A stretch of DNA of 63,794 nucleotides, counting the filler, from Octopus bimaculoides (taxonomy: Eukaryota): assembly GCF_001194135.2 (NCBI RefSeq). It is 6 parts of 5 records of this genome, joined end to end, with 100 filler letters (N's around TTAATTAATTAA, not from the genome) between each part and the next. Parts side by side here need not be neighbours in the genome. Positions count along the whole stretch, not along the records: positions 21,845 to 44,401 come from NC_068996.1; 5 more parts are not named here. The stretch is one strand, 5' to 3'. Under the pieces are notes generated by a model. It was not told where the DNA came from and ran no database searches. It saw only the letters and a list, made by a program, of their open reading frames with translations. The first letter of the stretch is position 1. Each line of letters begins with the position of its first letter. Below are positions 25,090 to 37,419 of this stretch, one piece after another. The translations under genes and the position numbers were made by a program.

Positions 25090-25900
25090 TTGTTTATGCC
25101 TTGACAGTGTGAATACATACTTAGATAATAAACTTCTGGAAAGTTTTACAGATTTTTACAGTTCCAGTGAAGGCCTGGATCTGTAGTCTTCGAATCAGCA
25201 TTCTCCTTTCTGGTTTTGGGAAGCCTAATTTCTCATGATTGATAAATAGGCAGTGTGTTCATATATCCCAATGCCCCAATAATTATGGATATAAATCTGA
25301 ACTTGTAATCTGGGTAGAGTAACTGTAGATTTCTCAATAGCTCAGTGTAGTTATTTTCTTTTTCGCTGATCTTTAACTTTATGTTAATACCTGCACTGTT
25401 TCCCAAATCATTCTGTCAGGTCCATTATGCTTGCATTTTACTGCGATTTTCTCTGGGACATTGCATCAGTACTTCTTATTGTTATGAGTCGCCAAGACTT
25501 CCATTGTACTGTGGGTTCTTATTTCTTTGGCCTCACAGTTATCCTTCCAACAGATCCCGTTATATAATGTTCTGGCCATATCATGTCCCATCAGTAGATG
25601 ACACTTTTGGACAATTGTTGTATGTATGTGTGTGTGTGTGTGTGGGGGGGTGTAGCCGATTGTTTTTGAATATATATATATATATGCTTACCATTATTTC
25701 TCAGGTTCAAACCAGGACAGTCTTCAAATTATAGGTATAATACGTATAGGTGCTTGTGTAAAGAACTTTTATAACCTTGTGGCGACCATTGTTATGTCAT
25801 TGATAATTAGGTGAGAGATCGTGTTCATGGACAAGAATGGCCATACAATTTTCATGCAATAGCATTTTCTCTTGCACGAAAAAAATGCAATTTCTGTGCA
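25090..25900 (-). mobile_element. Decayed RLE-type (NeSL/R4-like) LINE 3' region
   Basis: GHDMARTLYNGIC...KCKHNGPDRMIW...NIKLKISEKENNYTELLRNLQLLYPDYKFRFISIIIGALGY, with stops and frameshifts. Confidence 0.7.
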
Positions 25901-26513
25901 TCTTTTTCTCTCATCTGATTTGATTCTGATCTTCGTACAAAGATTTAGAGTATACTAAGGTACCAATTTATTATTAAAAAGAAATAATATAGGGAAATCA
26001 GAAACTTTTATAAATTACATAGCATAGTCTGAATCCAGAGAATAAGTAATTTTAAATTGCGTAATCGAAGGATTAGCAAAATGTCTTTGAACATTTGTTA
26101 TGTATTCTTTGAAGATTTAATATAATCTATTAGTAAGTTTTTCTTATCTAAAGAACATTAATGTTAATGAAATACACGTAAGATGATGTAATTATATAAC
26201 TTACAGAAAGACACTCCAATTTAAATGTGTGTATGTATATATGTATATATGCATGTGTGTGAGTGTGTGTGTGGATGTGTGATTGTATGTGTTTCAGTAA
26301 TATTTTTTATTGTTAAGTTCTTAAAAAAACAACAGCAAAAGCATTTACTAATAGTCGGACTCTATACATAATGTAGACTTAAATTTATTGAAATTAGTTT
26401 GGATGGGACATCAGATTTAGCACTTAACGGCTAATTTAACCATATTGGTTGAACAAACTGTTAAGGGTGAAACCGTGCTCTCAGGTCAAGACATGCATAC
26501 ATACATACATACA

Positions 26514-26547
<34 letters not shown>

Positions 26548-26939
26548 GTTGAAAATATGTGGAAAACATAAAAAGTGGAAGAGAAATGCCTTTGTTTCAC
26601 ATAGTTTAATATCTTTTTGTAAAGAAAATTTTTAACAATATATACATATTTTATGGATGTCGTGATATCCAACCGGTTTTCGCTATTTAAATTAGCTTTT
26701 CAAGGGACATTGTGAAGTAATCAATTCTTGTGACAAAGGGGTCTTGCCATTTTAGATGCTTGAAAAATAAGAATGAGTCTAGAGAGTGGAGTAATGGAGG
26801 TAACAAGTGGCATGTATGTATGTGTGTATGTATATACACATGTATATACATATATGAACATACAAACGGATACATGTAAGTATGTATGAGTTTGTTCATA
26901 TATGTAAATACAGACGTATATATATATATATATAATTAA

Positions 26940-27230
26940 ATTATTGTGATCCTAAAGTAAGAATAGTGGAGTTAGATAAGAATTAGAATTTAAAATGGTG
27001 ATTCATAAGGTTGTTGGGGATTACCTATGGGGTATTGTGGAAATATACTGTGTGGTTATCTAGTCATTTAGATGTAGTAGAATTTGAAGGCATGACTAAA
27101 GCGGTGGTTGCATGTGCTTAGGGCCTCATTATGTTTATTTAGTAGTGTTGAAGAGTTGTGCTTCAATATGTGGAGTGACTCCTTCAGGCAAAGCTTGCAG
27201 GTTGAGCGTTGACCTTATTCGACATAAATA
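26940..27230 (-). mobile_element. Penelope-like element 3' end (GIY-YIG C-terminus plus 3' UTR)
   Basis: STCKLCLKESLHILKHNSSTLLNKHNEALSTCNHR on the minus strand. Confidence 0.75.
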
Positions 27231-27239
27231 ATTACTATT

Positions 27240-28390
27240 CTATTTCTCATAAACTTCTAAACCTAGCTCTTCTTCTAGCTAAGAACCTAACTAACCTAAC
27301 GCCGTTAGAAATTAACATAATCATTAATGCCCACAAAACTCTTATTACTTTTGAGGACAAACACTGGTGCTGAGCCAATCACCATAACAATAACCATAGC
27401 AACTTATTTGACATTTCCATGGGATCATCTGATTCCGCCCAGGTCACTGAACTGGTTGGACTATACATACTCCACCAGCTCCAAATATATTTCCCCAACA
27501 TCAAGAGGGGCCTCTACAGGGATGACGGCTTGCTAGTTACCAAAAGTATAAACAAATCCTCCTTAGAAAGAACGAGAAAGGATCAACACAAATTCTTCTC
27601 TAACCTAAACCTGTCTATCACATTCAAAAACTCTCACAAAACTTCTAACTTTTTAGACGTAACTCTAAACGTATCAACCTCCCAATACTCCCCTTACCAC
27701 AAACCTAACCAATATCTTAAATACCTAAACATTCATTCCAATCACCACAAATCCACTTTTGATAACATAATCAAGGGTATCCCAATCCGTATATCTGACC
27801 TCTCTTCCACTGAGGAAAATTTCAATAACCAGTCACCATATTACAATCAAGCACTCATCGCTAGCATCGTCTCCCAACAAATGAAATACATCCATAATAC
27901 CAGGCTCAAACAATATATATCTCAAATCACATCGCAAAGACACACCAACCATCAGAATCCCAACCAACCACACATACACTTCGGAAGATCTTGCACTTAG
28001 ACAACCTGGACCCCATACGCATACATTTAACACTAGGTCAAAATCTAAAACAGCTAACAACAACAGGACTTGCAACCCCACTGCATTCTCCAAAAATGTA
28101 GATAACACTAATCCTAAACACCCCCCCCCCACAAAAGTGGCAGACACTCTATTCTTAATGTTAAGAACTTAGCTAAATCCTTCTTTAAAATACTAGACTC
28201 CAGCTTCCCTCGTCAACGTATATATTATTCTATTTTTAATAGATCCACACTGAAACTATCCTATTCAGCCTCACCCAACTTCGAATCTATCATAGCAGCT
28301 TCTAATAAGCAAAAGCTTTCTCTCTACTATCAAATCTCACATAATTACAACTCTATATACATGAATGCTCAACACGCACACAGTCCTGGA
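27240..28390 (+). mobile_element. Penelope-like (Neptune-type) reverse transcriptase fragment
   Basis: ORF 27419..28000: MGSSDSAQVTELVGLYIL...GLYRDDGL...NFLDVTL...YHKPN...YLNIHSNH. Confidence 0.9.
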
Positions 28391-29121
28391 CCATAATAAA
28401 GTAAAGGGTATATTTGTATTTTTGAGATGATGTACGTGACTGGCGAGTGTTGTAGATTTACTTTGTTTATCGTATCTAAAAGAATGGAGGTGAGCGGTAT
28501 ATCGTTGCTTAAAATTTATGGTTGATCCTAAGTATATGGCTGTAGAATTGTGTAATGTGTTAAGGACAGTGCATTTCTAAATTATCTTCTGCAATGGGTT
28601 TGCAAAAGGCAGATGGCTCCAGGATGACAGTTACAAGTGGGTGAATTTTGGGGATTGTTTTCAGGAATGGAGGATGTAATATTGTCAGAGGAGAGGTTAG
28701 AGAAGAGGGTAGAAAAGTCTGAACTATTAGTATTATTAATGTTATCATTACTATTATTGTTATTATTACTATTGTTGTTATTAATTGTACTATTTGTAAG
28801 AGTGGTAGAGATTGTGGTGGTGTTCTGGCTACTGTCAGTAGGATGGGTTAGGTTGTGGTTGTGGTCTGATGTAAGGATTTCTGTGCGAGGACTGTGTGCG
28901 TGTTGAGCGTTCGTGTAACTAGAGTTGTAATTATGTGAGATTTGATAGTAGAGAGAAAGCTTTTGTTTATTAGAAGCTGCTATGATAGATTCAAAATTGG
29001 GTGGGGTAGAATAGGACAGTTTCAGGGTGGATCTATTAAAGATAGAATGATATTTATGTTGACGAGGGAAGTTAGAGTCTAATATTTTAAAGAAGGATTT
29101 AGCTAAGTTCTTAACGTTAAG
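28391..29121 (-). mobile_element. Penelope-like RT thumb, linker and GIY-YIG endonuclease fragment
   Basis: Met-less open frame 29121->28582 (FKILDSNFPRQHKYHSIFNRSTLKLSYS...CNCHPGAICLLQTHC), then after a frameshift KCTV...IYLGSTINFKQRYTAHLHSF...LASHVHHLK. Confidence 0.85.
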
Positions 29122-29525
29122 TGAGTAGGTGTGTGTGTACCACAGAATATATATGCATTTACATTAACATACATATATACACACACATGTATGTATGTAT
29201 TTTTTTTCTCTCTCTCTCTTTCTTTCTCTAATTAATTTAGAGTAAATTTTGACCGGCCACCTACTTGGAAGCAAGGTTGTTAAGGAAAGCATCCTGTTCT
29301 GTTCATCATCCNNNNNNNNNNTATATATATATATATGTATATATACGCATTTACCACAGAATATATATGCATTTACATTAACATACATATATACACACAC
29401 ATGTATGTATGTATTTTTTTTCTCTCTCTCTCTTTCTTTCTCTAATTAATTTAGAGTAAATTTTGACCGGCCACCTACTTGGAAGCAAGGTTGTTAAGGA
29501 AAGCATCCTGTTCTGTTCATCATCC

Positions 29526-29880
29526 CTTAAATCTTAAGGTCTTTCAGAGTTTTATAGTTCCAGATAATTTGTAGTGTATGAATTAAAGATTTACGTTCTC
29601 TCTTCAGGAACCCAAATTCAGCTATACTTTGTTCCAGACGAGTTCGTATGTATCGTGTTGCTCCAGTAATAATGAGTATGAAGCTGAAATTTGTATTTTT
29701 GGTGCTGAAGTTTCAAACTCTTTATTAATGATACATAGATATCTTCTTTCTCTTGTATTTTTCGAACCACTCTGGTGTTTGCAGGGCAGCTGATTTCCAC
29801 AACCGAACATACCTTTCATTTGTGTTCTCACACTTAACTTGGTGGCTGTTTTAATTTTTTAATTCCATCAATATTCTTTT
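29526..29880 (-). mobile_element. Decayed RLE-type LINE 3' end (same family as 25090-25900)
   Basis: MEISCPANTRVVRKIQEKEDIYVSLIKSLKLQHQKYKF..(F)ILIIIGA. Confidence 0.7.
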
Positions 29881-30084
29881 GACCTATCGGTCTCAATATG
29901 GTCGATTTCGTTTATAGATGTCAGTAGGATGGGTTGGGTTGTGGTTGTGGTCTAATGTAAGGGTTTCCCTCTATACAGTTCTGGCTACTGCATCATGCCT
30001 CATAGGAAGATAATATCTTGAAGACAATCACTCACAGCTGGCAATAATGTGGTTGATGTCTTCAGCTTTGTTCTTGCACATCCT

Positions 30085-30245
30085 GCATTTGTATGTATGT
30101 ATCTATGTGTGTGTCTTTCTGTTTGTGTTTGTCTCCCACCACTACTTGTGCTGAGGTCGATTCGTTTGACAAACCCCTCCAAGGTGGTGCCTCAAGCATG
30201 ACTACAGTTCCATAACCGAAGTAAATGAAAGATAAAAGATAAAAT
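30085..30245 (+). mobile_element. Internally deleted 3' part of SINE-C
   Basis: tgtttgtgtttgtctccc...gaggtcgattcgtttgac...ccaaggtggtgcctcaagcatg...aaagataaaagataaaa. Confidence 0.65.
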
Positions 30246-30248
30246 ATT

Positions 30249-30316
<68 letters not shown>

Positions 30317-30799
30317 CAACAGTCAGAAAAAAAACAAGCACTGGTACATTAGTCAACAGGGTGCATATATTAATATTTATACAATAAGGTCAATTTTACC
30401 AGTCGGTTTTGCACGAGAGACTTAGAGGAAATCCCAATTCCAATGCTCAGCAGAAGGATTGGTTTAAAAAGTGTATGGTGACGGCTTTCTGCTACTGGAG
30501 ATCAGGATGTGTTACATCTGGTTTGTGGGTGGTGCGAAAAACCGGAACGAAAATCTCGTGGAAGAATTTTAGAGGGGAGTTCATCTCGAGTTATGCTCTT
30601 TGCACAAGGATTGAAATGTTTTCACAGAGTACGGGTTGACTGCCTAAAGAGTAGGGTTTGGGCTTGGGTGCATTTACTTTGGAGGTGATATATGTGCAAA
30701 GGATGGAGGAAGAAAACCGAGACGGGGTGGGTGTCCAATCTTAAAATCATGTGTATAGACATGTTCATGCATATGTATATACGTGTTTGTATGTAATAA

Positions 30800-31330
30800 G
30801 TTGGTTGAGACAAAACTTGTGCTGTATCCTCAGACTACTGTGGTGGGAAGTGCTGAAGGGGGGATGTTTCGCCTATAATCGTGATGCAGTCTGCCAGTAT
30901 CCAAACACGTTCTTTCATGTGAGCAAGATGGGAAAATCTTACTTTTAGAGTTTAGATAGGTAATCGGGCGAAAAGAGTTCTTTTGTATAGTTCTTTTCTC
31001 CGTGAGACATAGAGAGTGCCTTCTGCAATACATAGATTGCACCTCTCCAATACTGTCCCCATGACTCTGTAATCTGTGGTGCTTTCTTTCAACGACTATA
31101 TATACTTAACTTGGGCTGTGGTATTTCACTAATGGTGGATATTAAAGGAGATCTTGTGGTCGTTAATCTAGTTCTGAAAGGAACTCCTGTCTCACCCATA
31201 TATCTCTACATGTCCATCTGCCTGCTAGAGTTGTTTGACATCATCTCCCATTCATACATGACGGACTCTGTGTTGTATTGGTCGTTTAGTGAACATGTAG
31301 TGTTACCTCCACATGAGCATTCTACCTATG
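30800..31330 (-). mobile_element. Highly decayed RLE-type LINE RT N-terminal fragment
   Basis: KNSFRPITYLNSK resembles RT motif NYRPITCLN; flanking frames are broken. Confidence 0.4.
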
Positions 31331-32340
31331 TTTCAGGTATGGACCGATCAACCAATGTTTTCTTTATACAAGGCGCCCAGCTAAAAGAAAGGCTTAAAGT
31401 ATATCTATTTTTCTAAACCTATGCATTTTAGGGAAGTGTTTATTCACTAAAGTAAGAAAGATGTTACTTACAAAAGAGGAGAAGGAGATGAATCACAAAA
31501 AAGTAAGAAAGATGTTACTTACAAGGAGAGGGGAAGGAGATAAATCACAAAACGTTCCAGTGGCATTTTTTTTGTTGTGGTTAGGATTGGGAGTGTAACT
31601 GCTGGCGGCCATTACACCGCTGTAGTATGATGGGGCCGCGACATCGAACATCTCTTTATTCGAAGACAGGGTCGAGATTTTTTTGCTAGACTACTATGGC
31701 TGGATGACAAGAAGCTGTATTAATAAATGTCAGCCAGTCCAAGAGAATTTAGGGTATGCATTAGACAGTGACGGCTCGGTACTGCTTCAGAAACATTTTT
31801 TAGCCGTTGTTTTAATATTGTGTAAAAAGAAACAAACATATAAAAAGAAAATTTATACATAAACTTGATCAGTTCGCATTTTAGCCATTGCCGAGTAGTG
31901 TGTTTAATTTGTCCACTGAACACTGCTGCGAATTCCCCTTGTTTCTCAAAAATCCTCACTAAATTACAAAATAAGGGGAGAAATCTGCCCTATTTTTCAA
32001 ATCCTGGCAGCAACACTGTAGCCAAAAGCAGGATAATAATTTAATTCTACACTTTATCACATTCAAGAATATAAACATGTTTTTAAGCACAACACATGCG
32101 GAGTCAAAAAGAAACACTACTTTTCATTGGAAGACCACGGTCAGCACTGCGTGAAAGACAGTGCTCTCTCTCTAGCGTGCAGCTTCCTATCTTGGACATG
32201 TGAGCATGCGCACAACAGCTAAACACTGTGTCGCTGGAACTGTGAAGCGCACTGTTCTATATAAGGATTTTTCTATTTTTTCATAAGCTATGGGATGGCT
32301 ACTGACAGTAAGCTTAACGATTATATAATGTACAAGTATG

Positions 32341-32800
32341 TGCAGGAGTGGCTGTGTGGTAAGTAGCTTGCTTTGTTCGTCCCCTCTTTGTAAGGCCTTA
32401 ATGGCCAAATTGTTAAAATAAAGTAGCTTGCTTACCAATCACATGGTCCCAGGTTCATTCCCACTGCGTGGCACCTTGGGCAAGTGTCTTCTACTATAGC
32501 CTTGGGCCGACCAAAGTGGATTTGGCAGACGGAAACTGAAAGAAGCCCGTCGTATATATGTGTGTGTATATATATATGTGTGTGTGTGTGTGTTTGAGTG
32601 TCTGTGTTTGTCCCCCACAACATCGCTTGACAACCGATGGTGGTGTGTTTACGTCCCTGTAACTTAGCGGTTCGGCAAAAGAGACCGATAGAATAAGTAA
32701 AGAATAAGTCCAGGGGTCGATATGCTCGATTAAAGGCGGTGCTCCAGCATGGCCGCAGTCAAATGACTGAAACAAATAAGAGTAAAAGAGTAAAGGATTA
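32341..32800 (+). mobile_element. Full-length tRNA-derived CORE-like SINE (family C) carrying a small insertion in its head
   Basis: A box TGGCTGTGTGG, B box GGTTCATTCCC, CORE-like accttgggcaagtgtctt, internal (TA/TG)n, tail gactgaaacaaataagagtaaaagag. Confidence 0.9.
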
Positions 32801-34110
32801 AAGAAAAAAAGACTCATTATGTCACTAGTTGAGGCTGGCTGACACTTAAGCAGCATCACTGATTGACAGGCAGGCCAAGGTAGCGGTCTCGTTCATAGCG
32901 CCCTCTCCTCCTGGTTCGAAGGCCTTGTACCACGAAACAGCTGGTTGGCTCTGGCTGCTGGAACTGAAACTAACACGACACTGTTGGAAGGCAGATTTAG
33001 AGAGGGCGCGGGCTAAAACTACTTAATTTGAAGTATTTGTTTTCTTCTCCCAGCACTTCCAGATTAATGAGAATGAACTGACCTTTGAACTTCCTCCGAC
33101 TGTTGAAGGTCTAATAGAATTATGGTGCCGAAGGCTAGTCGTCCAAACGTACTTCTTATCATTTTTATGTTTCTACACATTTCTTGAAGTAAATGCTTTC
33201 CCTCCATTGGTTAGTTGAAGCTTAGACAGTGTCACGTGACAGTTAGCTGGTACTGGCTGCTGGAGTCTACCAGCGAGTATTTAAAGAGAAATTTGGCAGA
33301 ATGGTCAATTGTCCGCTGACATTCGTTGACACTGCATCGAAGAAACCAAAGAACTGAAGAAAAAAGGAGAAAGAAGAAGCGCACTCAACACCAGAGCTAA
33401 AGACACCACCGAAAGTGGGGGTCCCGTCATGTTGAAAACTGTAGAGGAGTAGGGAGCGAAACCGGACGTGGTTCCTCCTGATGATGTCTTTAGCCACTAG
33501 ATCCTATAAAGGAGCTGTTGAGGTAGTGAACCACTAAACTGATTGGAATTCCTCAATGTTATCGATAATGTCAAGTGAAAATAGGGGGCAGTTCCGCAGT
33601 GCCCATACACAAGCCTCCACCGGCGTTCGGTTTTCTCTAGGCCTATCGAGTGTATAACGGTTTCTTAAACCTTAATATTGCGAAAGCATTGTCTCTGTAG
33701 AAGCTAGGGTCTACACTGCTAGAGACTAAAACTAAAAAACCTGCTCTCCCAGCCTTAACTGATGGAAAGAAAGAATAATCCACTTATTACATGAACTTGG
33801 GGAATCACCAACGCTAAGCAAAACAAGGACATAGAAAGTATAGAGAAGGCGCGGTCAGGATAATTGTGCATCCTGATCACGCCAAGTGGATATTTCAAAT
33901 TTTACGTGTATATCTTGATTTAATCATTGTGCATTATAAATTTTATTATACATTTTATTTGTGCTTTTTACAATATTTTTTACTCGTCCCGGGATATAGT
34001 GAATAACCTCTTTCACGCCTCCCATATTCATTTTCTAACTTGTTTGATCCCATCCCGCACGTCTTTGTAAGTGCCCTATTTAGCATGTTTCGGCCATGCT
34101 ATTATCATTA

Positions 34111-34305
34111 ACAGAACATCAAACAAAATGTTCTGCGGTATTTGTTCCAATACTTAACGTTCTCAGTTCAAATCCCGTTGGGAGTCAGCTCTGCGTTTCA
34201 TCCCTTTTGAACCTATAAAATAAAGTACCTGCCTAGTATTGGATTCAATGGTATCGATTAATCACCTTCTCTCGAATTTGGTAATCCTATGCCTAAATCA
34301 GACAC
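34111..34305 (+). mobile_element. SINE family B fragment
   Basis: ctgcggtatttg...cgttctcagttcaaatccc...tttcatccttttg...ataaaataaagtacc. Confidence 0.7.
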
Positions 34306-34544
34306 TATTATTTTTAGAACATAAATATGAATTTCCTTATATTTTATTGTTAAATAGGTCATGAAAACCTCATTCTTACTATTCACGATTTGAATGCCGG
34401 AAAAAGCCACAGTGAAAATGCAACAGTAAAAATGCCACAATAAAATGTAACAGGTAAAGACGGAACCCATGTTTAACTCTTTCCCAAAATTGTAAAAAAC
34501 GTAGGAAATTACAATACTACATTCACCCAGTCACCGAAACGTTT

Positions 34545-35129
34545 CTATCGCCATGTTGGGGCACCACCTTGAGGAATTTTTAGTCGAATGAATCGACCCC
34601 CAGAATTTTTTTAATGATTTTTCAGCCAGCGCTGAAGGTCTCTTCACATGCTAGAAAAAAATAGCCAAATCTTTTAAAAATTCCTTTTTTATAATTTCAC
34701 GTAAACAAAAACGGAAATTGCGGTTGTACGTTTGAACGACTAGCCTTCGGCGTCATAATCCTATTAGACCTTCAACGGCCGGAGAAAGTTCAAAGGTCAG
34801 CTCATTCTCATTAATCTAGAAGTGCCGAGAGAAGAAAACAAAAGACTTCAAATTAAAATTTTTAAATGCTGATTTTTTTGGGGCACCAACAATTCTTCAA
34901 GGTGGTGCCCCAGCATGGCCGTAATCTAATAACTGCAACAAGTAAAAATTTAAAAGTTCTGGCGATGACTAAAAATTCTTCAAGCGGTGCTCCAGTATGG
35001 GTACAGTCTAATACCTGCAACAAGTAAAAATAAAAAGAAATTTCTGGCGTCGATACGGTCAACTAAAAATTTTTTCAGGGCAGTGCTCCAGTATGGCCAC
35101 AGTCTAATGACTGAAACAAGTAAAAGGTG

Positions 35130-35180
<51 letters not shown>

Positions 35181-35335
35181 GAAATAACCGAAAATAACCG
35201 TGGGGCTCTTGTCCACTTTCACACTTTCGCTATGGGGCTTTTGTTCGTGAGGGGGTTTTATCCCAAGACAAAATACCCCCGGACAAAAGCTCCCCGGGAA
35301 AAAAAACCCTGGATAAAAGCCCTACTGTTCTCAGA
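34545..35335. mobile_element. SINE-C tail cluster (one minus copy 34545-34600, three tandem plus copies 34885-35130) plus palindromic GGACAAAAG repeat (35190-35335)
   Basis: Direct alignment of ~85-90 bp tail units; gggcttttgt...ggacaaaagc/ggataaaagccc arms. Confidence 0.72.
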
Positions 35336-35476
35336 TATACTTTCTTTGACCAAAAAAATTTAAAAAATAAAAGAAAAAATGCTTATAAAAAAGTTTGCAA
35401 AACTATGTCATTCTGACCTATTTCCTAAAATTCATATTTCCAGCTGCTTTTGCTGCACAGCTTTACTTGTTATAGT

Positions 35477-35477
<1 letters not shown>

Positions 35478-35547
<70 letters not shown>

Positions 35548-35564
35548 ATCTATCTATCTATCTA
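35478..35564. repeat. (CTAT)n microsatellite
   Basis: Direct reading. Confidence 0.95.
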
Positions 35565-35691
35565 CCCCCCTCTCTCTCTCTGATAATAAAGAACACTGCA
35601 TACCAGTGTATTGACCATTACTAGACACAAAGTGTATGTAGGAAAAGTGATTAGCACTTGCTGGATGCTTCACAATTCCATACATAGTTCA

Positions 35692-35976
35692 TGTAAGGGA
35701 AATACGAGGATAAGATCTCTCTGAATAAATAACAATGATAATTTTATTTTGTCTGAATAAACATTCCATCTTTGGTTAACGGTAGCCGTGAACGCCTAGT
35801 TGAAGAAGCAGCAGGATTGGTAGTTAGACACAAAGTAATAAGGCATTGTTATAGACTCGCAGTGTCGCTCGCCATTAAAGGTCCCATTCTCGACGGAACT
35901 ACTCTAAGTTACGTCCTGCCCAGTCAGAAGCCGTGATCGAAAAGAGAGAAAAGTTTCCCTTAAGTCGTACGCTACA
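35692..35976. mobile_element. LTR-like segment with TGTA...TACA termini abutting Gypsy pol
   Basis: Starts TGTAAGGG and ends CGCTACA; contains AATAAA/ATTAAA; no TSD seen. Confidence 0.5.
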
Positions 35977-37400
35977 GAATGTGTTTTTTTAGTAGCTGGG
36001 TCAAAGGGAATAGCTTGTCCGCACATCTGGGTATAAAGCGTCTATAGAAATTTACCATATCTAGAAAATGGCACAGCCGACGCAAAGAAGTAGGAGGTGA
36101 AATGCATTGAATTGCATTGACTTTGGACGAGAGAAGTTTGATGCCACTCGAGTCAATGTGATGTCCCAGAAATTCAAGAGAAGGTTGCCCGAAAACACAC
36201 TTATCAGGACTAATACGCATACCATAGGCGCGAAGACGCTGAAAAAGCTACAAGTGCCGGAGATGATTCCCACGTGTGTCGCTTGCAATGAGTATGTCAT
36301 CAAAGCAAGCAAACACAAAATCAAGTCCGCGGATGATTTCGTCAATGAAATGCTGGAACGTATTGGTAGCGTTTGGCAAACCAAAACTCATATACAGAAA
36401 CTCAAAACAACCAAAAGGGGTGGTAATGGCAGTTTTTGGAATATCGGCTGGGTTGACCGGTATCTGATGATAGGCGTGAATGAGGTCAACCTTAGAAAAG
36501 ATGGTACAGCCATGAAGATTTGTTGAAAAACCCTGAGGGTTTTTTTATAGGATATCGGTCAGGTACCGTAACTGCGTTCAGACGCCTACAATCCCCACCG
36601 GGCGAAAATCAGAATCCCCTTTACGCGCCAAATGAAGTGGAAATGCCCATGGGGCGTATCAGGCCAAGTTGGAGAATGTGCTCAAACTCGGCCCTGGCCG
36701 TTTTTAGACGGTCAGGTGCAAGGCTCCGCGAGCGCGAAAAAACAGGCGGCCCAGTGGTGATAATAAAGTGGAGGGTCGAGTGCGTGGGCTTTTCCGAATG
36801 AAAAGCATGATCTACCAGTTCTGGAAAAGAAGCCAGAAGAGAATGAAAGGCATCTCCGGCGGTGGAAACAAAAAATGCCGGGCTAAGGACCCCATTGGTA
36901 GAACCTCTAGTCGGCGTAGAGAGTGACGTAGGACTGTCGACAAGCCTCTGCCGCCTGGCATCTACCAATAGATTAAAATGGTAAAAAAAATCAGCTCCTA
37001 GAATAGGATGCGGTATTCAGCTATGACAAAAACCCATTGAAAATCTCGACGAAAATTGAGATCCAGGCGTAAAGAAATCTGACCAAAAGTAGCAATGGAA
37101 GACGAGTTGATTGCATGTAAAACAATGGCAGAACGCTTAGGCCTGTCTGTAGTGAGACGAAGAAGTCAACTCCTGCAAGTAGAACCGAAATCTTTTACGA
37201 AGAATGCACGATAAATACAAAATGAAGCGGATGAAGTTGACGTGCTCAATTCCTCCGAGGCTCGTTTCCCGAGGACTTAAAGCTACAAGGCTGAATACAC
37301 TTGTGGGCTTTATCTGCAAATCTGGAATGGTACCAACATAGACCGGAGTGTGACAGAGAGGAACGAGAGGCAGAAGATAAACGAGTATAAGTGCCAGAAG
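35977..37400 (-). mobile_element. Decayed Ty3/Gypsy gag(C-term)-protease-RT
   Basis: GLCWYHSRFADKAHKCIQPC (gag); PILGADF..FNLLVDARRQRLVD; TTGPPVFSRSR.LAPDRLKTARAEFEHILQLG; [27 protein letters not shown]; catalytic motif mutated to CFDD; FLGHHIDSSGI...FLDMVNFYRRFIP. Confidence 0.92.
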
Positions 37401-37419
37401 GAAAAGTGAGACACAACCG

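Noticed and set aside
29138-29525. Exact 174-bp direct duplication (29138-29311 and 29352-29525)
   Set aside because: Separated by an N10 gap. The same pattern occurs at 11670-11679 and 51086-51095, indicating unmerged overlapping contig ends
30405-30640. 76-aa ORF with CYW...LWVVRK resembling an L1/Tx1 C-terminus
   Set aside because: Similarity too weak to call without a profile search
31575-31720. GSVTAGGHYTAVV resembling a ubiquitin-specific protease His box
   Set aside because: A stop follows immediately, the upstream HxG is missing, and there is no supporting exon; likely chance
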